Part shown: positions 21,810-29,575 of the stretch, in pieces
Numbering within the stretch: position 1 is the first letter of the stretch
How the letters are laid out: every line of letters starts with the position of its first letter
Assembly (NCBI GenBank): GCA_004356105.1
Contig: SMYC01000016.1
Span: 891-64,890, forward strand
Direction of reading: 5' to 3'
DNA: 64,000 bases
DNA from: Acidobacteriota bacterium
Lineage (GTDB): Bacteria; Acidobacteriota; Vicinamibacteria; Marinacidobacterales; SMYC01
Notes under the pieces: model-generated
What the model saw: the letters and a program-made list of their open reading frames with translations, nothing else
Told to the model about the DNA's origin: nothing
Database searches by the model: none
Made by a program: the position numbers and the translations under genes

Positions 21810-23659
21810 CGTCGCTTGGACGAGACGCCTTCTCGAAACGACTATCGTCCGCGCCGCTCGTGTGTGACGGTGCCATGGGGACGTTGCTCTACGGCAAGGG
21901 CGTGATGGTCCACCGCTGTTTCGACGAGCTCAACCTCTCGAATCGTGAGCTCGTCCTGTCGGTGCATCGCGACTACCTCGCCGTCGGTGTCGACGTCCTC
22001 GAGACGAACACTTATGGCGCCAACCGTTTCAAGCTCGAGCCTCACGGATTCAAAGACCGCGTCCGCGAGATCAACGAGGCCGGCGCGGCCGTCGCGAGAG
22101 GGGCCATCGGAGCCATGGATGGGCCCGTTCTCGTTGCGGGTTCTATTGGTCCGCTCGGGAAACCGATCGCGCCGATCGGCACGATTTCCGAAGAGGAGGC
22201 GCTCGCGAGCTTTGGCGAGCAATGCGAGGGATTGGTCGCCGGCGCCGTCGATTTCGTGATTCTCGAAACGTTCTCGGATCTTCGGGAGCTCAGTCTCGGC
22301 ATCCGCGCGCTGCGCGAGGTGGCGCCGGATTTGCCGATCGTCGCGCAGATGACTTACGGCGATGACGGATCGACGCCGCTCGGCGCCAAGCCAGAGCACG
22401 TTGCCCGCAAGCTCTCGGCCCTCGACATCGACGCCATCGGCGCGAATTGTAGCGTGGGCCCCGAGCTCATGCTGCGCGTCGTCGAGCGGCTTGCGACCGC
22501 GACGAATCTTCCGATCTCCGTGCTGCCCAATGCCGGTCTCCCCGAGCTCGTCGAAGGACGGGTCATTTATCTGAGCTCACCTGAATATATGGCGCATTAC
22601 GCGAAGCGTTTCTTGAAGGCTGGCGCCGCGATGCTCGGCGGCTGCTGTGGCACGACGCCCGATCATATCGGTGCCATGGTCGGCGTTGTTCGAGCGCTCG
22701 GCCCCGCGCGAACGCAAATCGAGGTCGCCACCCCCGCACAAGACTACATCGAGCGTGAGCCCGTGCCACGCGAGAAGAAATCGCGCCTCGCGAGAGCCCT
22801 GGGGCGCAAATTCGTCGTCTCCGTCGAGATGGATCCGCCCAAGGGCGCGGACCCAGGACTCTTTCTCGAAAAAGCGCAGTGGCTCAAGGAGAACGAGGTC
22901 GACTACATCAATGTCGGCGACGGGCCGCGCGCGAGCGCGAGGATGAGTGCTTTGAGCTTCGCCGTTCTTCTCGAGCAGCGTGTCGGCTTGGAGACGATCC
23001 TTCACTATCAATGCCGCGACCGGAACCTCATCGGCATCCAGTCGGATCTGCTGGGGGCGCAGTCCCTGGGCTTGCGCAACATCCTCGCGGTAACAGGCGA
23101 TCCTCCCAAGCTCGGAGATTATCCATATGCGACCGCGGTCTTCGACGTCGACTCCGTCGGCCTCACGAAAATCCTCGGCCGGTTGAATCGTGGTCTCGAT
23201 CTTTCTGGAAATCCTCTCGGTCTTGCGCTCCCGTTCCACATTGGTGTCGGCGTCAACCCTGGAGCGACCGACTTCGACGAGGAGATTCAGAGGTTCCAGG
23301 ACAAGGTGGAAGCGGGGGCAGAATATTGCTTGACGCAACCCGTCTACGAGGCGCGCTATCTCGAAAGGTTTCTTGAAGCGATCGAGAGCTACCGGATCCC
23401 CGTGCTCGTCGGCATCCTGCCTCTCGTGAGCTCGCGCAACGCCGAGTTTCTCCACAACGAGGTGCCCGGCATGGCCGTCCCGCAGGAGATTCGTGACCGG
23501 CTAAGGAGCGCTTTGACCAAAGAAGCCGCCCAGCAAGTCGGCGTGGATGTCGCGCGCGATGCTTTACGGGCCGCGCGAGACCTCGCCGACGGTGCTTATG
23601 TGTTGCCGCCGTTCAATCGATTCGAGCTCGCCGTCCAGGTCATCGCAGATATTATCTAG
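21806..23659 (+). CDS. Bifunctional homocysteine S-methyltransferase / 5,10-methylenetetrahydrofolate reductase (YitJ-like fusion)
   Basis: The N-terminal Hcy-binding domain shows VCDGAMGTLLY and [11 protein letters not shown]. The C-terminal MetF domain reads FVVSVEMDPPKG...LHYQCRDRN...AVTGDPP. The protein is 617 aa. Confidence 0.85.
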   Translation: MTSLGRDAFSKRLSSAPLVCDGAMGTLLYGKGVMVHRCFDELNLSNRELVLSVHRDYLAVGVDVLETNTYGANRFKLEPHGFKDRVREINEAGAAVARGAIGAMDGPVLVAGSIGPLGKPIAPIGTISEEEALASFGEQCEGLVAGAVDFVILETFSDLRELSLGIRALREVAPDLPIVAQMTYGDDGSTPLGAKPEHVARKLSALDIDAIGANCSVGPELMLRVVERLATATNLPISVLPNAGLPELVEGRVIYLSSPEYMAHYAKRFLKAGAAMLGGCCGTTPDHIGAMVGVVRALGPARTQIEVATPAQDYIEREPVPREKKSRLARALGRKFVVSVEMDPPKGADPGLFLEKAQWLKENEVDYINVGDGPRASARMSALSFAVLLEQRVGLETILHYQCRDRNLIGIQSDLLGAQSLGLRNILAVTGDPPKLGDYPYATAVFDVDSVGLTKILGRLNRGLDLSGNPLGLALPFHIGVGVNPGATDFDEEIQRFQDKVEAGAEYCLTQPVYEARYLERFLEAIESYRIPVLVGILPLVSSRNAEFLHNEVPGMAVPQEIRDRLRSALTKEAAQQVGVDVARDALRAARDLADGAYVLPPFNRFELAVQVIADII

Positions 23660-23762
23660 CAAGCTGACGAAACGACATCCCCTTGCTTTTGCTCTTTGCG
23701 ACACCACTCTCGCGGGAGCTGTACCGCTTTAAGCTCGACCCGCGGTGTGTTACAACGGAGAT

Positions 23763-24719
23763 ATGCTCTCGCTGAGTCTCGTTGGTCTCCTCCTACTTTC
23801 GTCGGTGTTAGCGTTTGCGCAAGAAGAAGTCCAACGAATTCCCGTTTTCACGACGGATGTCGACATGGTGTCGGTCGCAATCGCGGTTCACGACCGCGAC
23901 GGCAACTTCGTGAGGGGCCTTACCGCCGATCAGTTCAAAGTGTACGAGGACGGCGTCGAGCAGAGGATCGAGCTCTTTGCCGCGGGACTCGACGAGTCCT
24001 GGGTCGATCTGCCGCCCGAGATCAAAGACGAGCTCTCGGGCCGGCAAGTCATTGGGCTCATCATGGACGCGAGCGGGAGCATGGAAGACGACATGCCCCT
24101 TTTGCGAACCGCCGCGATCAAGTTCCTGATGAATATCCCGAAGACCGAGAATTTGTTCGTCATGGATTTCGACGAGAACATACGTCTGTCGCGGTACTCG
24201 TCCGACGATCAACGGGTCATTGCCGAGCGTATATACGGGATCAAGTCCGAGGGCTGGACGGCACTCTATGATGCGGCTGCGACTTTTCTCGAGCGAGTTT
24301 ACGACCTTGATGGTCGCAAGACGCTCGTCATTTTCAGCGACGGCGTCGACTCGCGAAGCACCCTGGGCGTCAGCGAGGTCTTCGAAATGGTGAAGCTTTC
24401 CAACGTCACGATCCACTCCATCCATTTCGCGGGGAGCTCCAGCATGAGCCGCCGTTTCCAAGAGAGCCGTTTTCTGCGTCAACTTGCGCGCGAGACGGGG
24501 GGCACCTACGCACAGGGCCATTCGTTGGAGGTAATCGACAAGCTCTTCGACAAGATCCTCGACGAGCTCTTCAGCCAATACAACATCGCCTACCTATCCT
24601 CGAATACGGAGACCAACGGGAAGTACCGGAAGATCAAAGTCGAGGTCGATGTGGACGATATCAAGATTCGCCATCGCCGTGGCTATTTCGGCCCGGAGCG
24701 AGAACCCACGAAGCAATAG
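23763..24719 (+). CDS. Secreted von Willebrand factor A domain protein (acidobacterial VWFA-related type)
   Basis: Signal peptide, then VIGLIMDASGSMEDDM (MIDAS DxSxS), then LVIFSDGVDSRST. Confidence 0.75.
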   Translation: MLSLSLVGLLLLSSVLAFAQEEVQRIPVFTTDVDMVSVAIAVHDRDGNFVRGLTADQFKVYEDGVEQRIELFAAGLDESWVDLPPEIKDELSGRQVIGLIMDASGSMEDDMPLLRTAAIKFLMNIPKTENLFVMDFDENIRLSRYSSDDQRVIAERIYGIKSEGWTALYDAAATFLERVYDLDGRKTLVIFSDGVDSRSTLGVSEVFEMVKLSNVTIHSIHFAGSSSMSRRFQESRFLRQLARETGGTYAQGHSLEVIDKLFDKILDELFSQYNIAYLSSNTETNGKYRKIKVEVDVDDIKIRHRRGYFGPEREPTKQ

Positions 24720-24781
24720 CTGATACATGAGGATAGAGAGACTGGCGATCGACGACCGGTGACTGCTACGATGCGGGTGTC

Positions 24782-25090
24782 ATGAAATCCAAGTTCACGG
24801 TGCAAGATACGCAATATGAAGTCGTGCTCGAGAAGAAAGAGCGCGGCGAAGGCGACAAGTTCAACCCCTACGGTGCCACGGTCTCCGGGCAGCCGAGCGG
24901 AAACGTCTCGGGTACCTGCCGGATTACCGACGACGCTCTGAGGCTTGCGGAGGAGCGCACCCGCTCTGAAGGCGCTTCCTCGGGCGAGCTCCTCGCTCGA
25001 GCTTGTGGAAAGTCGCTCGCGTCGGAGCTCGTGATTCGAAAGCTCGAGCCGGATTTCTCTTTCGTGGTCGACCATCGCTGGCTCGACTGA
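24782..25090 (+). CDS. Small hypothetical protein (102 aa)
   Basis: ORF only. No motif was recognised. Confidence 0.3.
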   Translation: MKSKFTVQDTQYEVVLEKKERGEGDKFNPYGATVSGQPSGNVSGTCRITDDALRLAEERTRSEGASSGELLARACGKSLASELVIRKLEPDFSFVVDHRWLD

Positions 25091-25290
25091 GCTTCCGCCC
25101 AGCCGCGTAGTTCAAATCATTGAACCTAGCAGTGTTGCGGGAGGCCTGCGGTAAAATCCTCATGATCGAGCGCGCGCCGTGGCGTATAATAGAGAAGTAC
25201 GCAAACCAAGGCTCAGGAAGCTACCACTTCGAAACCGCTGGGCCGGCGCCCTCGGGTAAAAAGAACACTCCCGGGGCGGTTAAAAAAAGG

Positions 25291-26274
25291 ATGGCTGTGC
25301 CCCCGCACGAAGGCCAGTACGTAGCAACGCGTTGGCGACGTCGCCGAGCGGTCTTGGTCGGCGCTGTCACTGTTGTAGTGCTGCTTGTAGTGCTGCTCGC
25401 GTGTTTGGGAGCGTCCCCGCCGTACGGGCCGCTTCATCGCCTGGTCGCACTTTCGGGAATGCTCGGCAAGCCCGTATCGCCCTTAGTACCGGCAGCGCCA
25501 GTTCAGCCGATCAAGAACGAACCGCCACAAACATCTGGTTCCCCGGAAGACCTTTTCATGCTGCCGCAGGCGCTTCAGCAGTACCGGAGCCCCGAGATTA
25601 GCGACCCACGTGTTCCGCGTGAGTTTTATTTCTCTCGCGCGGCCTATACCGGTCGTTCCCGTTTTCGCAACTATCGCACGTGGAGCGTCGATTTTCCGAA
25701 GGCGGATCGGCAGTTCTTGATAGGGCTCCGCCGCCTCACGAATCTCGATGCTTTCGAGGCCGAGAATCCGCTGCGGCTCACGGATCCAAACCTCGGACGC
25801 TTTCCGTTCCTGTATACGGTCGAGGTCGGCTACATGGCGCTCACCCAGCCCGAGGTCGAGGGGCTGAGGCGCTATCTCCTGGCGGGAGGCTTTCTCGTCG
25901 TCGATGATTTTTGGGGTACCTACGAGTTCGAGAACTTCCAGGACCAGTTCCAGCGCATTCTTCCCGGATACCCGATCGTGGACATCCCGCTCGATCATCC
26001 GATTTTCAGCTGCTTCTACCACGTGGAAGAGATCATTCAAGTTCCCAACGTCGGACAAGGCATGCAAGGTGGTCCGACGTGGGAGTCGGATGGGTATTAT
26101 CCGGCCCTGAAGGGTGTCTACGATGAGCATGGGCGGCTCATGGTCGTGATCAATTGGAACACGGACCTCGGAGATGCCTGGGAGTGGGCTGAAAATCCCT
26201 ATTACCCGCTCAAATTCTCGACTTATGCTTACCAAATGGGAGTAAACTTCATTATCTACGCAATGAGTCATTGA
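25291..26274 (+). CDS. DUF4159-like membrane-anchored protein (paralog 1). The likely start is ATG at 25291.
   Basis: It has a TM anchor (LVGAVTVVVLLVVLLACLG). The core YLLAGGFLVVDDFWG...HPIF...GVNFIIYAMSH is clearly paralogous to the ORF at 32235. The family assignment is from memory of MoxR/BatA neighbourhoods. Confidence 0.55.
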   Translation: MAVPPHEGQYVATRWRRRRAVLVGAVTVVVLLVVLLACLGASPPYGPLHRLVALSGMLGKPVSPLVPAAPVQPIKNEPPQTSGSPEDLFMLPQALQQYRSPEISDPRVPREFYFSRAAYTGRSRFRNYRTWSVDFPKADRQFLIGLRRLTNLDAFEAENPLRLTDPNLGRFPFLYTVEVGYMALTQPEVEGLRRYLLAGGFLVVDDFWGTYEFENFQDQFQRILPGYPIVDIPLDHPIFSCFYHVEEIIQVPNVGQGMQGGPTWESDGYYPALKGVYDEHGRLMVVINWNTDLGDAWEWAENPYYPLKFSTYAYQMGVNFIIYAMSH

Positions 26275-28583
26275 TGGCATCTTGGGTCGAAAGCGTTTTT
26301 GAGTTTCTATTCAAGTACCGCCCGTTGCTCTACGAGCGAGGCGAGTTCAGTCTCGGTGTGTCCTGGCCGCTCATTTTGGCAGGCGTCGTGGCGGTGGTTC
26401 TAGCAGTACCCACGGTCCTGTGTTATCGAGACGTGCGCGGCAAGAGCTCCGCCCGCGATCGTCTCGTGCTCACTGGTTTGAGGACGGCCGCATTGCTGCT
26501 CGTCTTGTTCTGCCTGTTTCGTCCTTCGCTCAGCTTGTCGACGGTCGTTCCGCAGAGGAGCTTTGTCGGCATCCTGCTCGACGACTCGCGCAGCATGCAG
26601 ATCGCGGATGTCGAGAACGAGCCTCGCGGCCGTTTCATTCAGGACACCTTTGGTCCCGAGGGGAGCGCACTCGCGAAAGCGCTCTCCGACAAGTTCATAG
26701 TTCGGTTTTTCCGCTTCTCGGAGACAGCGCAACGTTTGAACGATCCCGCGGCGCTCACCTTTGCAGGGGCACGGACGCACCTCGCGCGCTCTCTCATACG
26801 AAGCGCCGAAGAGCTTTCGAACGTTCCTCTCGCGGGCCTCATCGTCATGAGCGACGGCGCCGATAACTCGAACGCGGCGATCAGCGATACGTTGCTCGAG
26901 CTTCAAGCGCGGAAAGTACCGGTCTATACCGTTGGCCTCGGACGTGAGCGCTTTACGAAGGACATCGAAATCTCTCGGGTTGAAGCTCCAAGGAGCGTAC
27001 TCGTTGGCTCGTCGCTCATTGTGGACGTCACGATCTCGCAGCGGGGCTTCAACGGCGAGACCGTCCGCCTCGACGTCGAGGATGACGGTCGAATCGTGAG
27101 CTCGCGCGAGGTCGAGCTTTCTTCCGAGGCAACAACGGTGCGGATTCATTTCACCGCCGCGGATCCCGGAGCGCGCATTTTCCGTTTTCGGGTTGCGACC
27201 AAGGAGGGTGAGATGGTCTCGCAGAACAATCAGCGCGACCAGCTCATCTATGTCGAGGACGAACGCCCCAAGATTTTGTACTTCGAAGGCGAGCCGCGCT
27301 ACGAGGTCAAGTTCATCCGGCGCGCGGTTGCGGATGATGAGAACTTGCAGGTCGTTTGTCTACTGCGCACCGCGGAGAACAAATATTATCGTATCGACAT
27401 CGACGATCCCGAAGAGCTTGCGAGCGGCTTTCCGAAAACGCGCGAAGAGCTCTTCAAATATCGGGGCCTCATTCTAGGGAGCATCGAAGCGAGCCATTTC
27501 ACGCATGACCAGCTCCGAATGATCGCGGACTTCGTTAGCCAGCGCGGCGGCGGCTTGCTCGTGCTCGGCGGCCGTCTCGCGCTCTCCGAGGGCGGCTATG
27601 CCGGAACACCGGTCGCGGACGTGCTTCCCGTCGTGCTCTCTCCAGCCAAAGAGCGCTCCGAAGCTGAGGAGCTCGCGGGCCCGGCTTTCTTCAGCACGCT
27701 CACGGTGAAGCCGACGCCGTTCGGGGCGACCCATCCTGTCACGCAGTTCGGCCCGGATCTCGATGCGAGCAGCGAACGTTGGGCGACACTGCCGCCGCTA
27801 TCGACCCTGAACGATGTGACTGCCGTGAAGCCGGGCGCGACCACGCTTCTGACAGGCTCGGGGCCGGGTGTAGACGAGCAGCCTGTACTCGTCTTCCAGC
27901 GCTACGGTCGGGGAAAATCCATCGCCTTCACGGTCAACGATTCGTGGCTATGGCAGATGCATCATGACATGCCGCTCGAGGACATGACGCACGAGCTGCT
28001 CTGGCGAAAACTTCTGCGGTGGCTCGTGAGCTACGTTCCCCAACAAGTATCGATAAGCGCTGAAAAACATCGCTACGCGCCCGGCGAGAGTGTCTCGCTG
28101 CTCGCCGAAACGGATGACGACCGTTTCTTGAAAGTAAATAATGCCCAAGTCACGGCCACCGTTCGAACACCCTCGGGAGAGCGTTTCGACGTCCCAATGG
28201 AATGGACCGTAGACAAAGACGGCGAATATCGCGGAAATTTCTTGCCCAGGGAAAAGGGTATCTATGAAATCACCGTCTCGGCGATGCGCGACGGTGTCGA
28301 GCTCGGGACCGCCCGCGCCTTCACCGAGTCCCAAGACCTCGATGACGAGTACTTTCAAGCCGAGATGCGCATGGCTCTCTTGGAGCGCGTCGCGCACGAG
28401 ACCGGTGGCCGGTTTTACACGCCGGATACCGTCGCCCGTCTCCCCGAGGACATGACTTACGCCGAAGGCGGGATGACCGTGCGCGAGCAGCATGACCTCT
28501 GGGACATGCCATTCATCTTCTTGATGCTCGTCGGCCTCGTCGGCTCGGAGTGGGGCTACCGGAAGCTCCGAGGCCTCGCATGA
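26271..28583 (+). CDS. N-terminal double-TM, VWA, GATase1-like (ThuA/DUF1355-like) domain protein (BatA-related)
   Basis: The two N-terminal helices are followed by ILLDDSRSMQ (MIDAS), then LIVMSDGADNS. The C-terminal region reads GLILGSIEASHFT...GGGLLVLGG. It overlaps upstream and downstream genes by 4 and 34 nt. Confidence 0.65.
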   Translation: MMASWVESVFEFLFKYRPLLYERGEFSLGVSWPLILAGVVAVVLAVPTVLCYRDVRGKSSARDRLVLTGLRTAALLLVLFCLFRPSLSLSTVVPQRSFVGILLDDSRSMQIADVENEPRGRFIQDTFGPEGSALAKALSDKFIVRFFRFSETAQRLNDPAALTFAGARTHLARSLIRSAEELSNVPLAGLIVMSDGADNSNAAISDTLLELQARKVPVYTVGLGRERFTKDIEISRVEAPRSVLVGSSLIVDVTISQRGFNGETVRLDVEDDGRIVSSREVELSSEATTVRIHFTAADPGARIFRFRVATKEGEMVSQNNQRDQLIYVEDERPKILYFEGEPRYEVKFIRRAVADDENLQVVCLLRTAENKYYRIDIDDPEELASGFPKTREELFKYRGLILGSIEASHFTHDQLRMIADFVSQRGGGLLVLGGRLALSEGGYAGTPVADVLPVVLSPAKERSEAEELAGPAFFSTLTVKPTPFGATHPVTQFGPDLDASSERWATLPPLSTLNDVTAVKPGATTLLTGSGPGVDEQPVLVFQRYGRGKSIAFTVNDSWLWQMHHDMPLEDMTHELLWRKLLRWLVSYVPQQVSISAEKHRYAPGESVSLLAETDDDRFLKVNNAQVTATVRTPSGERFDVPMEWTVDKDGEYRGNFLPREKGIYEITVSAMRDGVELGTARAFTESQDLDDEYFQAEMRMALLERVAHETGGRFYTPDTVARLPEDMTYAEGGMTVREQHDLWDMPFIFLMLVGLVGSEWGYRKLRGLA

Positions 28584-29575
28584 TCGCGAGGGCGTTCGCG
28601 GTCGTCCTCATCTCGACATTGGCCGCCGTCGCGACGGCGAACCAGACCTACCTCGTCATCATTTCGGGCCTCGGCGGCGAGGACCGGTACCGCGAGAGGT
28701 TCCACCAATGGTCGCTCGCGATGCGTGAAGCGGCGCTAACGGACGCGGCCGTCCCCGAAGACAACATTTTCTACCTCGCCGAGAAAGTCGAGCTTTCTCC
28801 CGAGCTCGTGCACGCGAAGTCGACCAAGGACAACGTCATCGCGCTTTTCGAGAAAATACAGAAAAAAGTGCGCCCGGGCGATCAGCTCTATGTGTTGCTC
28901 ATCGGTCACGGCAGCTTTCGCTCGGAGCAGTCGCGGTTCAATTTACCGGGGCCGGATTTGACCGCCGAGGATTTCGACGCAATCTTGGCGCCTTTTGGCG
29001 AACAACAAATCGTGTTCGTCAATACGTCGAGCGCGAGCGGAAATTTTGTTCGCATTCTCTCGGGGCCCAATCGCATCGTGGCGACCGCGACGAAGAGCGG
29101 CTACGAGCGGAATGAATCGCAGTTTGGAAAGTATTTCGTAGAGGCCTATTCTGGAGACGGGGCGGACACGGACAAGAACGAGCGTGTATCGGTACTGGAA
29201 GCTTACACCTATGCCCGGATTCGCGTGAAGGGCTACTACGACGAAGAGAACCTGCTTCAAACCGAGCATTCCATGCTCGACGATAACGGAGACGGTGAGG
29301 GTTCTCACGAGCCTTCGGAGAACGAGGGCAACCTGGCGAGCACGGCTTATCTCATGGGTGACGCCGCGGTGGCCGAAGGGTTCGGAGAAGCCGACATCGC
29401 GGCGGATCCCGAGCTTGCGGCGCTCGTCGAGAAACGGCGTGAGCTCGAAGGGCGCGTCGTAGCGCTTCGCCAACAGAAAGACTCGATGCCGGAAGATTTG
29501 TATATGCAAGAGCTCGAGCAGGTGCTTCTGGAGCTCGCCCGAGTTACGGCCAGTATCGAGGAGAAGCGGCAGTGA
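28550..29575 (+). CDS. Legumain/peptidase C13-like protein in which Ser replaces the catalytic Cys; possible pseudo-peptidase or Ser-nucleophile variant
   Basis: It has a signal peptide. LYVLLIGHGS...QQIVFVNTSSASGNFV...IVATATKSG aligns with the legumain YFTDHGS...VFYIEACESGSM...YATTAANP blocks. Confidence 0.55.
   Translation: MGLPEAPRPRMIARAFAVVLISTLAAVATANQTYLVIISGLGGEDRYRERFHQWSLAMREAALTDAAVPEDNIFYLAEKVELSPELVHAKSTKDNVIALFEKIQKKVRPGDQLYVLLIGHGSFRSEQSRFNLPGPDLTAEDFDAILAPFGEQQIVFVNTSSASGNFVRILSGPNRIVATATKSGYERNESQFGKYFVEAYSGDGADTDKNERVSVLEAYTYARIRVKGYYDEENLLQTEHSMLDDNGDGEGSHEPSENEGNLASTAYLMGDAAVAEGFGEADIAADPELAALVEKRRELEGRVVALRQQKDSMPEDLYMQELEQVLLELARVTASIEEKRQ

Noticed and set aside
22577-23455. 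292-aa ORF on the minus strand
   Set aside because: It lies entirely antisense within the well-supported HMT/MTHFR gene. The ORF is a high-GC antisense artefact.
23660-23762. Hairpin CGCGGG...CCCGCG after the HMT/MTHFR gene as a terminator
   Set aside because: It has only a 6-bp stem with a 22-nt loop and no T-run, so it is too weak to call.
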